Under the pieces are notes generated by a model, which searched no databases, was not told the origin of the DNA, and saw only the letters and a list, made by a program, of their open reading frames with translations. 64,000 nt of DNA from Euprymna scolopes (lineage: Eukaryota). Where the stretch lies: the NCBI GenBank assembly GCA_053919585.1, contig CM132806.1; one strand, written 5' to 3'. Shown one piece after another: positions 38,492-52,872 of the stretch (position 1 is the stretch's first letter; each line of letters begins with the position of its first letter). Position numbers and translations under genes: made by a program.

Positions 38492-41290
38492 TTTTTTTTT
38501 ACAAGGTGGTCACCACTTATCAAGGCCCGGAAACCACTCAGGTATAAGGGTTATTGTAAGTACAGTAGGTTAGTGTGGAGATTTAATAAAGTGTCTACTT
38601 AAGGGGGTGGTTCATCAGGAATTTGTTTACGTTAGGCTTGAAGACATTCAGGTTGTAGTCAGGTGGGAAGCAGGCAGACGGAACAGAGTTCAACAGGCGT
38701 GCACTTCTAAGAAAGAAGCTTTGTTCATGGAATCTACGTTTTGATTTAGGCATAGATAAAGAGTGGGGAAAGTTTTTGACAGTGGATTCAGCTAGACTGA
38801 TGTTTTTAGTAAAAGATTGGCGAGGGGGGACCAGAGATTGGAGTTCAGACGAGCACCAGCTATGGAAATAACGATAAAACAAAGACAGGCTGTGGGAGAG
38901 AGGTTGCAGGGAAGAGAAAAGGGCATCCCCCACTAAACTACGAAGTCTATTTTGCACTCTGTCAAGGCAGGATAGGCTGTTTTAGCAGCTCCTGTCCAGA
39001 TATGACAGCAGTATTCAATCCTTGGTCGTACTTGGCTTTTATATAGATAGAGAATTGCATCAGTAGTGAGATATCTTCTGGAGCGGTAGAAGGATCCCAC
39101 CATCTTTCCAGCGATCTTGGTAACAGACTTGATGTACGTGTTCCATTTCAGATCAGGAGTGAGGGTCAAGCCCAAAAACTTGTCAAAAAATGGGGCCTCT
39201 CCCAGACGAGAGCCGTCCATTTCAATCGATGCCAGATGGGGATCAGAGCGTTGATGATGTAAAAATAGGAGTTTGGTTTTAGATGCATGCACGTCTTCCC
39301 CCACTGAACCAATCGTTCGAGATCAGAGTAGAGAGAATCAGAGAGCTTTGTCATTTACAGCGTTTGATGTGTTGCAGTAGATGGTCGTGTCATCAGCATA
39401 GATGTCAACTAATGATTTAAGTATGTGTTTAGGGAGATCATTGATGTAGATCAGATAGAGAGTTGGGCCCAGGATGGACCCTTGAGGGACTCCAGCATTA
39501 ATATTGCAGGCCTCTGATTTTTGTCCATCAACCACTACTCTTATGAGCCTATCAGAGAGAAACGATTTAATGATAGAGAGAATATTTCCAGTTATACCGT
39601 AGCTGGAAATCTTGTGAAGTAGGCCTCTATGTCATACCTTGTCAAAGGCCTTTGATATGTCAAGAGCAATTGCCCTAAAAAGGAAGCCTTAGTCAAGAGA
39701 TTCACTAATCCTATGATATATAACCGTTAGCACATCTGCGGTAGATCTTGCAGAGCGGAAACCATATTGCGTGTCACTAAGAAGGTTATTTCTGCTGAGG
39801 TAGTTGACTATTTCTCTATTTAATATGGATTCCAGCAACTTACTCATGACACACAGGAGACTCATTGGTCTATACTGAGAGAGAGATGACTTATCACCTG
39901 AGTTCTTAAATACAGGGCATACTGACGAGGTTTTTCAGGGTGTTGGAAAGCACTTCTCTTTAAGGTAACGCTTAAACAGTTTCGTAAGTATGGGAGCAAG
40001 TTCTGGTTGAAGCTTTTTTAACACTATAATTGGGATGCCGTCAGGGCCAGTTGCTTTACTGGAATCTAGGTTCTTGATTAGCTTGGCGACCTCATGCACA
40101 GATATTTGTATGTTACCTAGCGTGTTCTGTGTTATAGGAGGAAATATTGGGAGTTAATGGCCTTCGTCGCATAGAGTAGAATTAGCTGCAAAGTTCTTGG
40201 CAAATAGTTTGGTCTTGTCTGAAACTGACGAGATGACCTCTGGTCCGTTGATAATGGTTGGGATAGAACGCACACTTCTGTTCAGGATCCTATTTGTTAT
40301 TTGCCAAAACTGGTGGGAACCAAGCCGCTGATCAGCTACTTTGGATTTAACAGACTGGGCATATAGCTCTCTTGCATTTTTTATTACTCTTTTACAGTGG
40401 TTGCTGGCATTCCTGAAATCAGCTTTAATCTCAGTGCATCTATTACATTGGTAGCTATGGACAAAGTGATTTCTGTGCGCGATGGCAGCAGCACATTCTG
40501 GGGAGAAACATGGCTGGCTGGTAGGTTTTTGTTGGAATGTTTTAGATGGTATGAATTGGTCTATGCCTACAATTAACCATTCGGTCAGATCTGATACTAT
40601 AGAGGACACTTCCTTTTTAAACATCGAGTGCAGAGGTAAATCAGATATGAATGTACAGAAGCTATCCCAGTCAGCCATAGAGTATCGGTATACAGTACGG
40701 TGGAGGGGTACGTCTGGGGACTTATTACATTTCATTTTATCTTAACTGATACGACGGAGTGGTCGGATGATCCCAGAGGAGAAAGAACGGAACATGAACA
40801 TAGCTCAGGGGAAGTTGAAAGAAAATGATCTAGGAGGCTTGCATATTGACCTGTAGTATCGGGCACACAGGTGAGCTCGCGAACAATCTGAGTGAGGTCA
40901 CAAGCAATGTCAAAATCATGACAAAACCTCCCCTCATCGTCCGTCTTATTTGAGTGAGTCAGTCATTCCACGTTATGGACGTTGAAGTCACCACAGATGT
41001 GGATGTTAGCTGAGGGATGTGCAGACAGGATGTGATCTATTTTCTTCAGATATGCTCTTAAAGATAGTAACTCCGCTGTTGTGGGACCGATAGAGGGCAA
41101 ATATAAATGCAGTGGTGTAAGCAAGTGCAACCCGGAAGTACACATAAGGTAAATTAGGATCTTCTCTAGAGATATCCCTGCCACATGGGAAGCCATCTTT
41201 AATGTAGGCACATATTCCATGCCCATGGCGATCTTGGGGTTAAGATTTAGATGTTAAGTTGGAGTATCCGTTAATTATGAACTCATTTAC
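38492..41290 (-). mobile_element. Longest LINE copy: disrupted ORF2 with APE endonuclease and RT (CR1/L2-group-like)
   Basis: HICGDFNVH and PLGSSDH (APE); GVPQGSILGP and YADD (RT); several frameshifts; 3' tail with poly-A. Confidence 0.93.
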
Positions 41291-41992
41291 GGAAGTTGTA
41301 TAAACTCATCCAGGGAAATAGTGCATAAAATTAAATAAAACAGATTATATCCCACATTCCTACAATTTAAGCATAGAATCTATGCTCCAAATTTAATATT
41401 TATCGATTAATTAGTTTAAAGGTAAATCATTTACTTACAAATATGTACGCATACATACATACCAAAGTCAATAAAGAAATAGTTATATGCAGAAAAGAAT
41501 TTACTAAGTACATTCAATTAAATGAATTGTCTAATATATTTACTAACAACGCATTTGATAATTAGAAATGATTTCATAACCATAAGTACGATGGGAATCA
41601 AATTAACATAAACCAAAACTTAAAACCCATGACGATGATTCGTGGACATTTAAATTAAACGTGACCAGAATTTGCGATCTCTCGTCTGGTCATTCAACAC
41701 CGAAACAAAATGATGCACACGAAATCAAATGAATATAACCTGAATATTCGAAACACAAATAATTGCTTCAACTTCAATAGCAATTAGAAATATCTATTAA
41801 TAGCTGCGTGTTGTCTGGTCGTGAAATACGCTTTTATATAACATTCTAATTCTTGCTGATTTCGTATTTATTAGTATAGACCCAATACTTTATTGATTAT
41901 TATATTGTACCCAATATATTATAGTGATTTAAAAAGTTAGAAAATATGATCCTATCATCAGATGGATAAAAAACAATTAAAATTAAATCGGG

Positions 41993-42060
<68 letters not shown>

Positions 42061-42113
42061 GAGAGAGCGAGATAGATAGATAGATAGTAAGTTTAGGAAA
42101 TATATATGACAAT

Positions 42114-42167
42114 TAAGCTACACAGAATTTTTCGCGTTTCATCATCGTGAGGATTCGTCAGGCGATA
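42114..42167 (-). ncRNA. Type I hammerhead with intact core and weak stem I
   Basis: Minus strand: GC-CTGACGA-ATC(CTCACGAT)GAT-GAAA-CGCGAAAAATTCTGTG-TA-GCTTAA; lies between TA tracts. Confidence 0.65.
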
Positions 42168-42228
42168 GACTAAGCATTCAGAGTGAAGTTTGTTAGAGAT
42201 GTTCTGCACACACAGAGACAAGGTCGTC

Positions 42229-42266
<38 letters not shown>

Positions 42267-44373
42267 CTGTGTGTGTAATATTTATGTTTGTTTTCAATAA
42301 AAAATATTTGCTTTGTTCTTATCATTCTAATTTTATAAGTGAGTTTATAAAAAACTGAAAACAAGAATGTACATTTTACTTTACATTGAAGAATAAATTT
42401 GCACAATTGGCTTTAGAAAAGCTACTTTACATAATCAAATAATAAAAATAATGTATGCATTACCTAACAATAAAAGCTTTATTCATGTAATCTAAACGTA
42501 TGACACCAGTAAGCCAATGAACTTATGTTCCAGATAACTTTAGATCAGAGGTCATTCAATGTTCTGATTCTATAAAATCGATTAAAGATATTTGAAACAT
42601 TCTAAAATAGGTATTGATTAAAAGGACACATTTACACTGTTTTTTAATTTCCGATTGAATTATCGGAAAATCACTCAAAAATACTTTTCATTTATTAAAA
42701 AAGGGCTGTATTTATATAAAAAGTTTTACTTATAGCCATAATGTTTATAGCTTTATGTACAAGCACGTTCACATTTTCAAATTAAAATAACATTGACAAA
42801 CATTCTGGTTATAATTGTCCATATAAACAACAGAAACACACTATCAAACTTTCTGTATCCTTTTTGATAAAGAATTTTTTTCTATCATAGAATAGACATT
42901 TAGTAAATATAATTATTCTACTATCGGATTTTTATAATTTGATCATATATTTCGCAATACAATCTGTAATTAATCGCAAACAGAAAAATGAAAATGAACA
43001 ATGAAAATTAATTTTAAGACAAAATGTCATTTAATTTTAGTTTTCTTAATTTTAGATTGGATGCTTCGGACGCCTGTTCTTACCTTGATTGTTATTTTAA
43101 CAACGTTTTGGTCGATGTAATGTTCGAACTTCTTCATGTGTATTTTGTCAAAGTCGGAAATCTTCTGTCGAACTTAGCAATCTTTCTGTCGAATTGAGGA
43201 ATTTCAAATGGAAACCCTTATTTAATTCACGTGGGTAGCATGTTATATACTGTCGTCAGCCATGACAGGGTAGAACTCCTAATTAATTCGAAATTATATT
43301 TGAGTATCTCCGCATTGAAGAAAGAACTTTCAACTTCCAGGAAAGTGTAACTTTACAACTTACTTTTACTATGTACTCTATCCGCTACGCAACGGGTCAT
43401 AGCGGACCGAAACTTCTTGAAAAGAACACTCAATAATAGAACAGTGGTCTGTAGTATCTGACTAATATTGTTCTTGGTTGGTGTTTATTTTGGAGGTCTT
43501 AAATAAATCCGATGTCGTAAAATTAAAGATAAAAACAAGTAAAGCAAGCACTTTTCTTGTTTTGTGACATAAATTTCACTTTTTGAAAATACAGATTTAT
43601 ATTAGATGTGACTTCGAATATTCAAGGTATATGTCTGCGAGGTAGCGATGTGAATTGATACTAAGCACTCCCTGTCGTTAAACATATCTTATGTAACTAA
43701 CAACGCTTGGTCGCCGTGGGACCGGTAGAGGTGACTAGCGCTTCTCGCGATCCTGGCTGGAGTGCGAATAGTAGTATGAAGATTGTGTATAATAGAGGAA
43801 CCTAGGTTAAAACTTTTGTTGATCAGGATTCGATTGTGTTCTTCAAGGAGCAGCTGAATGCCTAGATCAGATGTGATAGAAATAGATTGCATTCCATGTC
43901 TTTTTCTGATTTTTTTTTGATACATGTAGCGGGCTTGTGTGTATGAAAGAAATTCAAGTATGACTACGTGTTCCTTCTTGAGCATGGTGAACGCAGGTAT
44001 ATTTAGCCCCTTACTTTGTCAAATGAATGAGTTACCCCAGCCCTGTTAATAGAAATCATCCAAGATGGCCACTCCTTACTTTCAATTTTTTTGTTCTTCC
44101 AAATTGTATTTTTCTTGAGAGAAACCCATTCTCACAATTCTGTACCCGTTTTAGATCCTACTCCTCTTTTGAGATTACTTTCAGTTCTGAATAAGTCTCA
44201 AAACAATTTTATATATTAGAAAGGTTTGGGAGAATCTTACTAACAGATTTTTTTATCTTTGTTTTTTACTTCCCATTATATTTCAATAATAAATCTGTGT
44301 TTGTAAATATATTGATAAAAAATGATTAAAATAAAAAAAAACATGGGTAAAATCCTAAGTAGAATAGACCCTA

Positions 44374-45269
44374 CGAGGTGCCTTTAATGACTTTCCCAAA
44401 AAAATTTCTTATGGGTACTTTTACTGAGAGTATATACATACAACTCATCCCCTTACAAGTTCTCCTCCGGCTGTAATGCACTTGTTGAACCGTTCCAACA
44501 ATTTCTGGAAATCCTCTTGTGTATGTGCGTCAGTGATCCTCATTACAGCCTCTTTAATCTCCTCAATTGTCTCATAACGACAGTCTCTAAGGTTTTCCTT
44601 GAGTTTAGGGAATAACCAAAAATCATAGGAAGCAAAGGTTGGACTATAGGGAGGGTGAGGAACTGTTTTGATGTCTATGATTACGTCTTTATTTCTGATT
44701 TTGTCTGACCACCCTTTGGACAAACTTCATGCAAGTCTTCGATTACTTCAGTTTTTTTTCGCGAATAATTGTGTAACCAGTTCCCACACTGACATCAAAC
44801 TGTGCACTTATTGCCCCTATAGACACAAGACGGCCCTTATCCATGAAATTCTTCCTTTGGCCAATCAACTCTGGTGTTCTAATTGTTTTACTCCTCCCAC
44901 ACTTCACATCATCCCTCACAGACTCCCTGCCTTCCTTGAATCTCTTATGGCAATCCAAAAACTGATGCCTGATTCATGCAAGATGGCTAAAAAGCAGTCG
45001 GAAGGATGTTTTCAAGTTTAAAACATAATTTTGTTGCATATCGTTCTTCTAACGTGGCCTCAAGTCGTGATTTCATTTTGGAAATTAACCAGCTGCCTTT
45101 AGTAGGGTGTATTTCAATTCATGCTGTAGCAGTTCATTTGAACCTGAAGTCATAGAAGTTAGTCAGTTATCTCGTAAGATGTATAGCAATATCATGCTGA
45201 AGTTTCAAGGGTCTACGAAAATTTTAATTGTCTGTACAAAAAAGTTTGGAAACTTAATGGAGCCACATG
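44374..45269 (-). mobile_element. Mariner-family remnant, internally deleted
   Basis: TA|CGAGGTG TIR start; ORFs encode HKRFKEGRESVRDD..GR and PHPPYSPTFASYDFWLFPKLK. Confidence 0.8.
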
Positions 45270-45554
45270 AATTGTGGTGAGTGATATGATTCGGATTGAT
45301 ATTTTTCATCATTATAGACTACGGAAAACCAACAATACTCAATTCCCCATATTTTTATGGTATTCTATCTATTTTGTATTCAACGTAATAAATAATTCAA
45401 AATGTAATATCTGTTTTCAGAAACTCATCAATATTAAATATTAGTAAGATTGTTGAGTATATATCAAAATTATATGATGAATGCAAATCGCAAATATATA
45501 TTACAAAATATGCATTATTATAAACTATTTATAGAATCAATATGACAATTAGAA

Positions 45555-45619
<65 letters not shown>

Positions 45620-45627
45620 TTTATATA

Positions 45628-46472
45628 CAGGGTGGAGCGATAACGCTGTCTTTCTAAAAAAAACAATACTACGGCTTTATTTTAAGATTTTTATGAAAAA
45701 AATCAATTTAGGTGACTTGATTATGTAGTAGAGCCGACATGTATTCAATGTAGCCGCTTTTAGCCACAATCATCGCCTTGGGTCCGGAACTGTGAGTATT
45801 GGCGGATGGCGGCTATCAGGCTGACTTTAGTGTTATGGAAGGTCATGTTGGTGGTGGTTTCGCCGCATGACCAAACGAAGTAGTTCAGCAGGTTCAGGTT
45901 GACGAAAGAGAGACAGACAGTAAGAAAAGGGCACTATGTCTTAGTCCTTCTTCTGAATCCAAACCTGGGCTTTTGGGGACTTGTGGATCGGTGGTGAGAT
46001 CTGCTGCCACACTCAGTGTCTGCCAGTGGCCACCTGATTTCGCCAGAGGATCGCCACACTCTTTAGCACATCCAGGTACACTTTTGTATTGACATTCAAG
46101 CCGGCTTCGAAGATATGAGGTGACATAATGTGGCCCTCACTTGAAACCATAACCGTGGTCGGAAACTTCCATAAGCTGTGCGCTCAAGCGTTGAACCGTT
46201 CAGATTTGCATTTTGAGGGTGCTAGCAATAGCCCTGTTGTCATAATTTGGATCGGTAGAGAACATAAGTTGCACAGCACCGCACCTCCAATCTCGCTCGT
46301 TTAACATTGTATCACTTTTAGGCATAATAGAAGGCTTCTATCGCTCTTAGGATTTATATATAACGGGTCAACAAGTAGATGGTCGACAAAAAAAAAAGAA
46401 AACCGGTTTTTATCAAACGGAAATGGAATCATGTCGTCTTTTTTAGAGTGACAATTTTACCGTTCCACTCTG
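45628..46472 (-). mobile_element. maT (DD37D) transposon, internally deleted
   Basis: TIRs TA|CAGGGTGGAGCGATAA / TTACCGTTCCACTCTG; reverse complement of the 12455 and 19511 copies. Confidence 0.8.
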
Positions 46473-48624
46473 TGTATGTTTGTAAGTGTTTGCATATGAC
46501 TATGTATAGATCATTTCAAGATTATATGGTGTATAATAGAAAATAAAATAAATGCAAATTACAAATATATATTTATCTATATATGCACGCCTAATATTAT
46601 TTTAATATGAAATGCTTATGAAAGAAATATGCAAATTAACATTATCTATAACTATTTGTACGTGGTTGCAAGTTACTATGTATACGACATTTTAAAATAA
46701 AATCGTACTTAATCATAGAATATAAGCATAAGTGTTTTGATGTTGATACAATTTGGATATGTGAAATAACGTTCACGTTCATTCATATAGATAGATATAT
46801 ACCAAGGAGCATTTTATTTCCACGAAACATTTTAAAATAAACACGATAAATCAGTTAATCAGTTTTCCTTTAAAAGTCTCAATGGTCGTGACCTATGTAT
46901 GTCACGAATGTTTGGTGCGTAGGCACACATGAAAGGGCAGATGACTCAGCAGTAAATCACGCAAATCTGTCAGAATGGCGTTTTTTTTTCTTCTTGCTGT
47001 CTATCACATGATAAGCCTACGACATAGCTACACCATTCATAGAAGAGAACCATCACAATCAGGAAAGTATATTACGATTTTTTGATAATAAAGCTTGTAG
47101 AAAAACTTTATAAAAGTAACAATGTAAAATATGTAATATATACGATTTCATTTCAGTAGATAAACTGTACAATAATGTTTTCACAATAAAAAAATACTAA
47201 TAAACATGCTTTAGTATTTAAAACTCATGACTATTCGAACAGAGAAAATGAAGGATAATGCGATATTACTTTCACCAGCCTTGTAACTCTCGCTTGCTTT
47301 ATTTTGTCCTTTAGCCTCAGATTTCATAAGCGATGTTTCTGACAAAGGGGGAAAAATTGGGTCAGAATTTATCTAATACTTATTTTTAGTAAGTTTTTAG
47401 CCCATTATTTACCTCTTTACTTCAAATAGCTTCATGCATTCTTTGCAGCGACTTCTAAAAAAAAGTCCTGATACTGGATTAAAATTCTTCTATACTGATC
47501 CGATATTTGTTTCTTTGTGCCTTGAGAAATATTTTCTATTGAAATGAGATAAATAAAACCGATTCTGAATAGTTAACAATTTTCGGAGACTATCAACAAA
47601 CAAAGAAAATGTAACAGAGCACGGACGCGCGTATGCAGATGCCGTACAACGTGCGAAGAAAAAGAATAAAAAAGAGCGTGTGCACAACCGGCGATCACGT
47701 TCGAGAGTAGGTTCGAAATGGCATTCAAGATGTCAGAGAGAAGGAGCAGTATCACAGTTTATTTTGGAAAGCACTCGGAAATAAATGTCGTTGTTACAAA
47801 TACGGAGTCGAGTTATTACTTGTCATATGTCCCTTGCGAGGTAGACTGCATACGACGTGTTGTATCGATGTGTGTAACGTTACAAAAACATAATGTGATG
47901 GTTGGAAAAACAAAATAATTTTGTCTTTTGTGAAGGTCGTCAAACACAAAAAGCATGGTGTATACTCGTAAAAACAATTGCAAGACCTTGAAAGTAAAAT
48001 CTGGAGAAGAATTAATCCTGAGTAGAAATTAAAATTGAGGTAATGATTATTTATTTATTTCGACTCGCACTTAAAAGAAAAACATTTATGGTGGACTTAC
48101 TTGTTACGGCATGAAATTTGATCTTCCAAAAAATCACGGAAATTGACCAAGTTGTTTATTTTTTTATTTAAGAAAACTATTTGTACGATATTTAGCGATT
48201 AAGTATTTTTAGCAGCCATTGATGAGCGGTTGCTTTATAAGAGATTGTTAAAAGGGGACTAAGCAGTGATTAATTTTGAATTCATTCAAATATGGCGACT
48301 GGGTTTTCTTTAAAATTTGATTGTCTTAAAATAAAAAAAAAATTGATCAAATTTTTGGATTGTGCTATTTTCGTTCTGTGATCAGGTAGGTTCAACATAG
48401 AGACCTTCCTGTGCCTTGTTACTTCAAAATTTTCATTATATATGCAATTCTACATAAGTACTGATTATTTACAGTGTTTGGGTAAATGTTTTCAGAATTC
48501 TTACTTCTATAATAATGCTTTCTTTAACTCTCGATATTAGGAAAATAATTACCTATGAACAAAAATAATTTCCTTATGTGACTGACTAAATAATTTCCTT
48601 ATGCGAAATATAAATATATGTACG

Positions 48625-49790
48625 GGTTGTTGTCTAACGCATCGAGAACCTTGATTCCAGTAAAGTAAGTGGCCATGACAGCATCCCGATCATAACGCTC
48701 AAAAAGATTCAACCGAAAATACGTTCCGTATTTTCAAAGCTATTTAAACGTTGCCTTAAAGAAAAATGCTTCTGAACACCCTAGAAAGCTTCATCAGTTG
48801 CCAATAATTTGAAAACTCTGAAAATCGGTCATCTGCCTCTCAGTACACACTAATCAGTCGCCTGTGCGTCATGCGTAAGTTGCTAGAAATCTGTGATAAA
48901 TAGTATTCAATCACCTCAGCAGAAATAACCTACTTATTGAATGCAATATAGCTTCTGCTAGATCTACAGCTAATGTGCTAACTGTAACATTACATTGGAT
49001 TAGTTCTTCCTTTGATGGGGACTTCGTTTCTGGTGAAATTGCCCTTGACATTTTTATAGAGTGGGACATAAAGCACTAAACCACAAAATTACATAATAAT
49101 TTAAAATGTCCTTTCAATTATTAAATATTTTCTCTTTGATAGGTTTATGACGTCGATGGTCAGAATTCAGAGATAGTATCAACGTTGGTCCAACGATCAT
49201 TATCTCCCAAATCGCATTCTTGATCATTTGAAGACATCTATGCAGACGACACTATAATCTTTGGTAACACGTTAAAGGAGGACAATGACCGACATTTCTT
49301 CGACTCTCTCTTTTCTGATCTTGAGCACGTAGTGCAATGAAGAAAAAGAGGCTAGTAAATGTTAATGTTTCTAAAACCAAGCCGTTCTCCTCTTCAATCA
49401 TCAACGCTTTGATTTCTACTCGCCACAATTGAAATGAATCTCATCTTGGAGAAGTAAAATGTTTTGATAAGTTTCTCGGGCTGACCTTCATTCCCGATCT
49501 GAGATGGAACGCATACATCAAACCAGTTGCCAAGATCGATGGGAAAATGATTAAATCATTCCACCGCTTCAGTAGATATCTTACTACCGATGCAAATCTC
49601 TACCTGTATAAGAACCTAATATGTCCTAAGGTGGAGTACATCTGCCACATGTGGGCAAAAGCTGTTCTCCCCTCCGCTGTCTGTTTCTTACAGAAGGGAT
49701 GTTGCGAGCCTGTCCCTGCTTTATGTTTATTTTCATGTCAGGTACTCGACTGAGCTTCACTCTGTGATTTCCCCATGTAATTCCTTCGCA
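48625..49790 (+). mobile_element. Old, degraded LINE copy
   Basis: Recognisable YADD (TATGCAGACGAC), GLTFIPDLRWNAYIK and EYICHMW; many stops and deletions. Confidence 0.8.
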
Positions 49791-50946
49791 GCAATCAACC
49801 GGCTTTGATACTGATTCAGTCTCATTATTTGTAAGCGTAGTTGTTTTATTTTTCTTATTATATGTTCATTTCAGTTTTATTTGATATTTTCAATTTATCT
49901 TATATACATTTACTATGTTCCCCCTTTTTATTTTATTTTCTTNNNNNNNNNNNNNNNNNNNNNNNNNNNNNNNNNNNNNNNNNNNNNNNNNNNNNNNNNN
50001 NNNNNNNNNNNNNNNNNNNNNNNNNNNNNNNNNNNNNNNNNNNNNNNNNNNNNNNNNNNNNNNNNNNNNNNNNNNNNNNNNNNNNNNNNNNNNNNNNNNN
50101 NNNNNNNNNNNNNNNNNNNNNNNNNNNNNNNNNNNNNNNNNNNNNNNNNNNNNNNNNNNNNNNNNNNNNTTTCTTTANNNNNNNNNNNNNNNNNNNNNNN
50201 NNNNNNNNNNNNNNNNNNNNNNNNNNNNNNNNNNNNNNNNNNNNNNNNNNNNNNNNNNNNNNNNNNNNNNNNNNNNNNNNNNNNNNNNNNNNNNNNNNNN
50301 NNNNNNNNNNNNNNNNNNNNNNNNNNNNNNNNNNNNNNNNNNNNNNNNNNNNNNNNNNNNNNNNNNNNNNNNNNNNNNNNNNNNNNNNNNNNNNNNNNNN
50401 NNNNNNNNNNNNNNNNNNNNNNNNNNNNNNNNNNNNNNNNNNNNNNNNNNNNNNNNNNNNNNNNNNNNNNNNNNNNNNNNNNNNNNNNNNNNNNNNNNNN
50501 NNNNNNNNNNNNNNNNNNNNNNNNNNNNNNNNNNNNNNNNNNNNNNNNNNNNNNNNNNNNNNNNNNNNNNNNNNNNNNNNNNNNNNNNNNNNNNNNNNNN
50601 NNNNNNNNNNNNNNNNNNNNNNNNNNNNNNNNNNNNNNNNNNNNNNNNNNNNNNNNATTTTGTATGTCTTTAACAAGCAAGCGGCGTAATATTTTTTCTA
50701 ATTCGCTTTTATTCGGCGAATAATTAGTCCTTAGTCCCACATTTTCATTTCAGATTATTTTTCGATTTACAAAAGTTCTGCTATTGTTTCCATTCTTCAT
50801 ATTAACTCATCTTGCAACTCGTTGAGATTTGAATCAACAACTAGAATTCTTAAACGTTCCATTTTATGTCAAGTAAACTTCTCAGTTTTATTAAGCTCAA
50901 TTCTATTTAGTCAGCTTTCTGTCTTTTATATATCATCTGTAAGAGA

Positions 50947-52860
50947 CATGGTAGAACGATAAAGTCGTCCTCATGAAAACAACCCTACAGCTTTATTTCA
51001 AAACTTTTATTGAAACAAAATCAATCTTTTTTTTTTTTTTTTACATAGGCGTCACCACATTATCAAGGCCAAGAGGCCACTCAAGGATAAGGGTTAAAGA
51101 GTGTACAGTAGAAATTGGACATTATAGTAATCATTAGTAATGAGAATTTGGTAAAGTTGATAACTTATATGGAACGGCTCATCAAGAACTTATTTACGTT
51201 AGACTTGAAGACAACCATATTGTAGTACGCCGGAAAGCAGGAAAACGGAAGACAATTCCACAGGCGTGCAGTTCTAAGAAAAAAGCTTTGTTCATGGAAT
51301 CTACGTTTAGGTTTAGGCACAGATAAAGAGTGGGGGGAATTATTGATAGTGTTTACAGCTAGACGAGTGTTTCTTGTGAAAGTTTGGCGAGGGGGGACCA
51401 TAGATTGAAGCTCATTCGAACACTGTCCATGAAAATAACGATACATCAGAGACAAACTCGCAACATCTCTTCTGTGAGATAAAGGTTGCAAGGAAGAGAA
51501 AAGGACATCTCCTACGAGGCTACGAAGTCTATTTTGAACTCTATCAAGGCAGGCCAAGTCCTTTCTAGCAGCTCCTGCCCAGATGTGGCAACAGTATTCC
51601 ATCCTTTGACGTACCTGGCTCTTATATAGATAGAGAATAGCATCAGCAGTGAGATATCTACTGGATCGATAGAAAGATCCCACCATTTTTCCAGCGGCCT
51701 TGGCAACAGATTTGATGTACGTGTTCCATTTAAGATCAGGAGTAATGGTCAAGCCAAGAAGTTTGTCAAAACTTGAGGCCTCCTGAAGACGAGAGCCATT
51801 CATTTTAATTGATGTCAGATGTGGATCAGAATGTTGATGATTTAAAGATTGAAGCTTGGTTTTAGATGCATTAAAAGTAACCAGCCATTCTTTACCCCAT
51901 TGTACTACGTGCTCAAGATCAGAGAAGAGAGAATTGGAGAGAACTTGGTCGTTTACTGTCTTAGATGTGCTACCATAAATGGTAGTGTCGTCAGCATAGA
52001 TGTCTACAAATGATGTAAGGATGTGATTTGGAAGATCATTAATGTAGATCAGGAAAAGAGTTGGGCCCAGGATGGACCCCTGAGGGACACCGGCATTAAT
52101 ACTGTGAGCTTCAGATTTTTGCCCCTCAACTACTACTCTTATGAACCTATCAGAAAGAAATGATTTAATAATTGAGAAGACATTTCCAGCAATACCATAG
52201 CTAGAGATCTTATGAAGTAAACCTTTATGCCATACCCTATCAAAGGCCTTAGATCTGCCAAGAGCAATTGCCCTAGAAAGGTTGCCTCCGTCGAGTAACT
52301 TGACTATGTACTAGAGCTGATATCTATTCAATGTAGCCGCCTTCAGCCACAATCGCTGCCTCAATACAAGCGCTGGCGAATACTCGACGGATGTCTGCGA
52401 TCACGCTGGCTTTAGTAGATTGGGAGGTCATGTTAATGATGTTCTCGACGTATGACCAGACGAAATAGTACAGCGGGTTCAGGTTGGGGAAGATGGGGAC
52501 AAATGAGAGAAGGGTACCAAGTGGTAGCATTCCTTCTGAAGTCAAGCCTCAGTCTCTTTGGACTTGTGGGCCATCGTAGAGTCTTGTTGCCACATCCAGG
52601 GTACCAGCGGCCATCTGATTACACCAGGGGATCAACACACTCTTCAGAACATCCAGATACATTTTGGTATTGACTTTCAAGCTGACTTTGAAGGTGTGAG
52701 GTGACATAATGTAGCCCTTACTTGAAACCATTTTATAACCCGTAACACGTTTATCTTATTTGTGACAATCTAGGGATGCATTCTCAGGGTGCTTGCAGAT
52801 AACATTTTTTGAAATAATTATTATTTGGTAAAAATGTTGTTTGTGTCGTTATTTACTCTG
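50947..52860 (-). mobile_element. maT (DD37D) copy split by a LINE insertion
   Basis: 50947-51027 is the terminal TIR segment (CATGGTAGAACGATAAA...AAAATCAAT). The sequence resumes at ~52295 (GTAACTTGACTATG...), collinear with 45700-45730. ORFs encode PNLNPLYYFVWSYVEN. Confidence 0.75.
51028..52294 (-). mobile_element. 5'-truncated LINE copy with an open RT C-terminal frame
   Basis: ORF 51165-51803 (212 aa) plus upstream GVPQGSILGP and YADD; 16-nt poly-A tail. Confidence 0.92.
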
Positions 52861-52872
52861 TATATGTATTTA

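Noticed and set aside
43095-43140. Penelope-type hammerhead-like remnant on the minus strand (ATGAAGAA-GTTCGA..TCGACC-AAAACG); similar CCGAAACGTTGTG at ~24356
   Set aside because: Both core boxes are mutated and stems I and III cannot be drawn convincingly.
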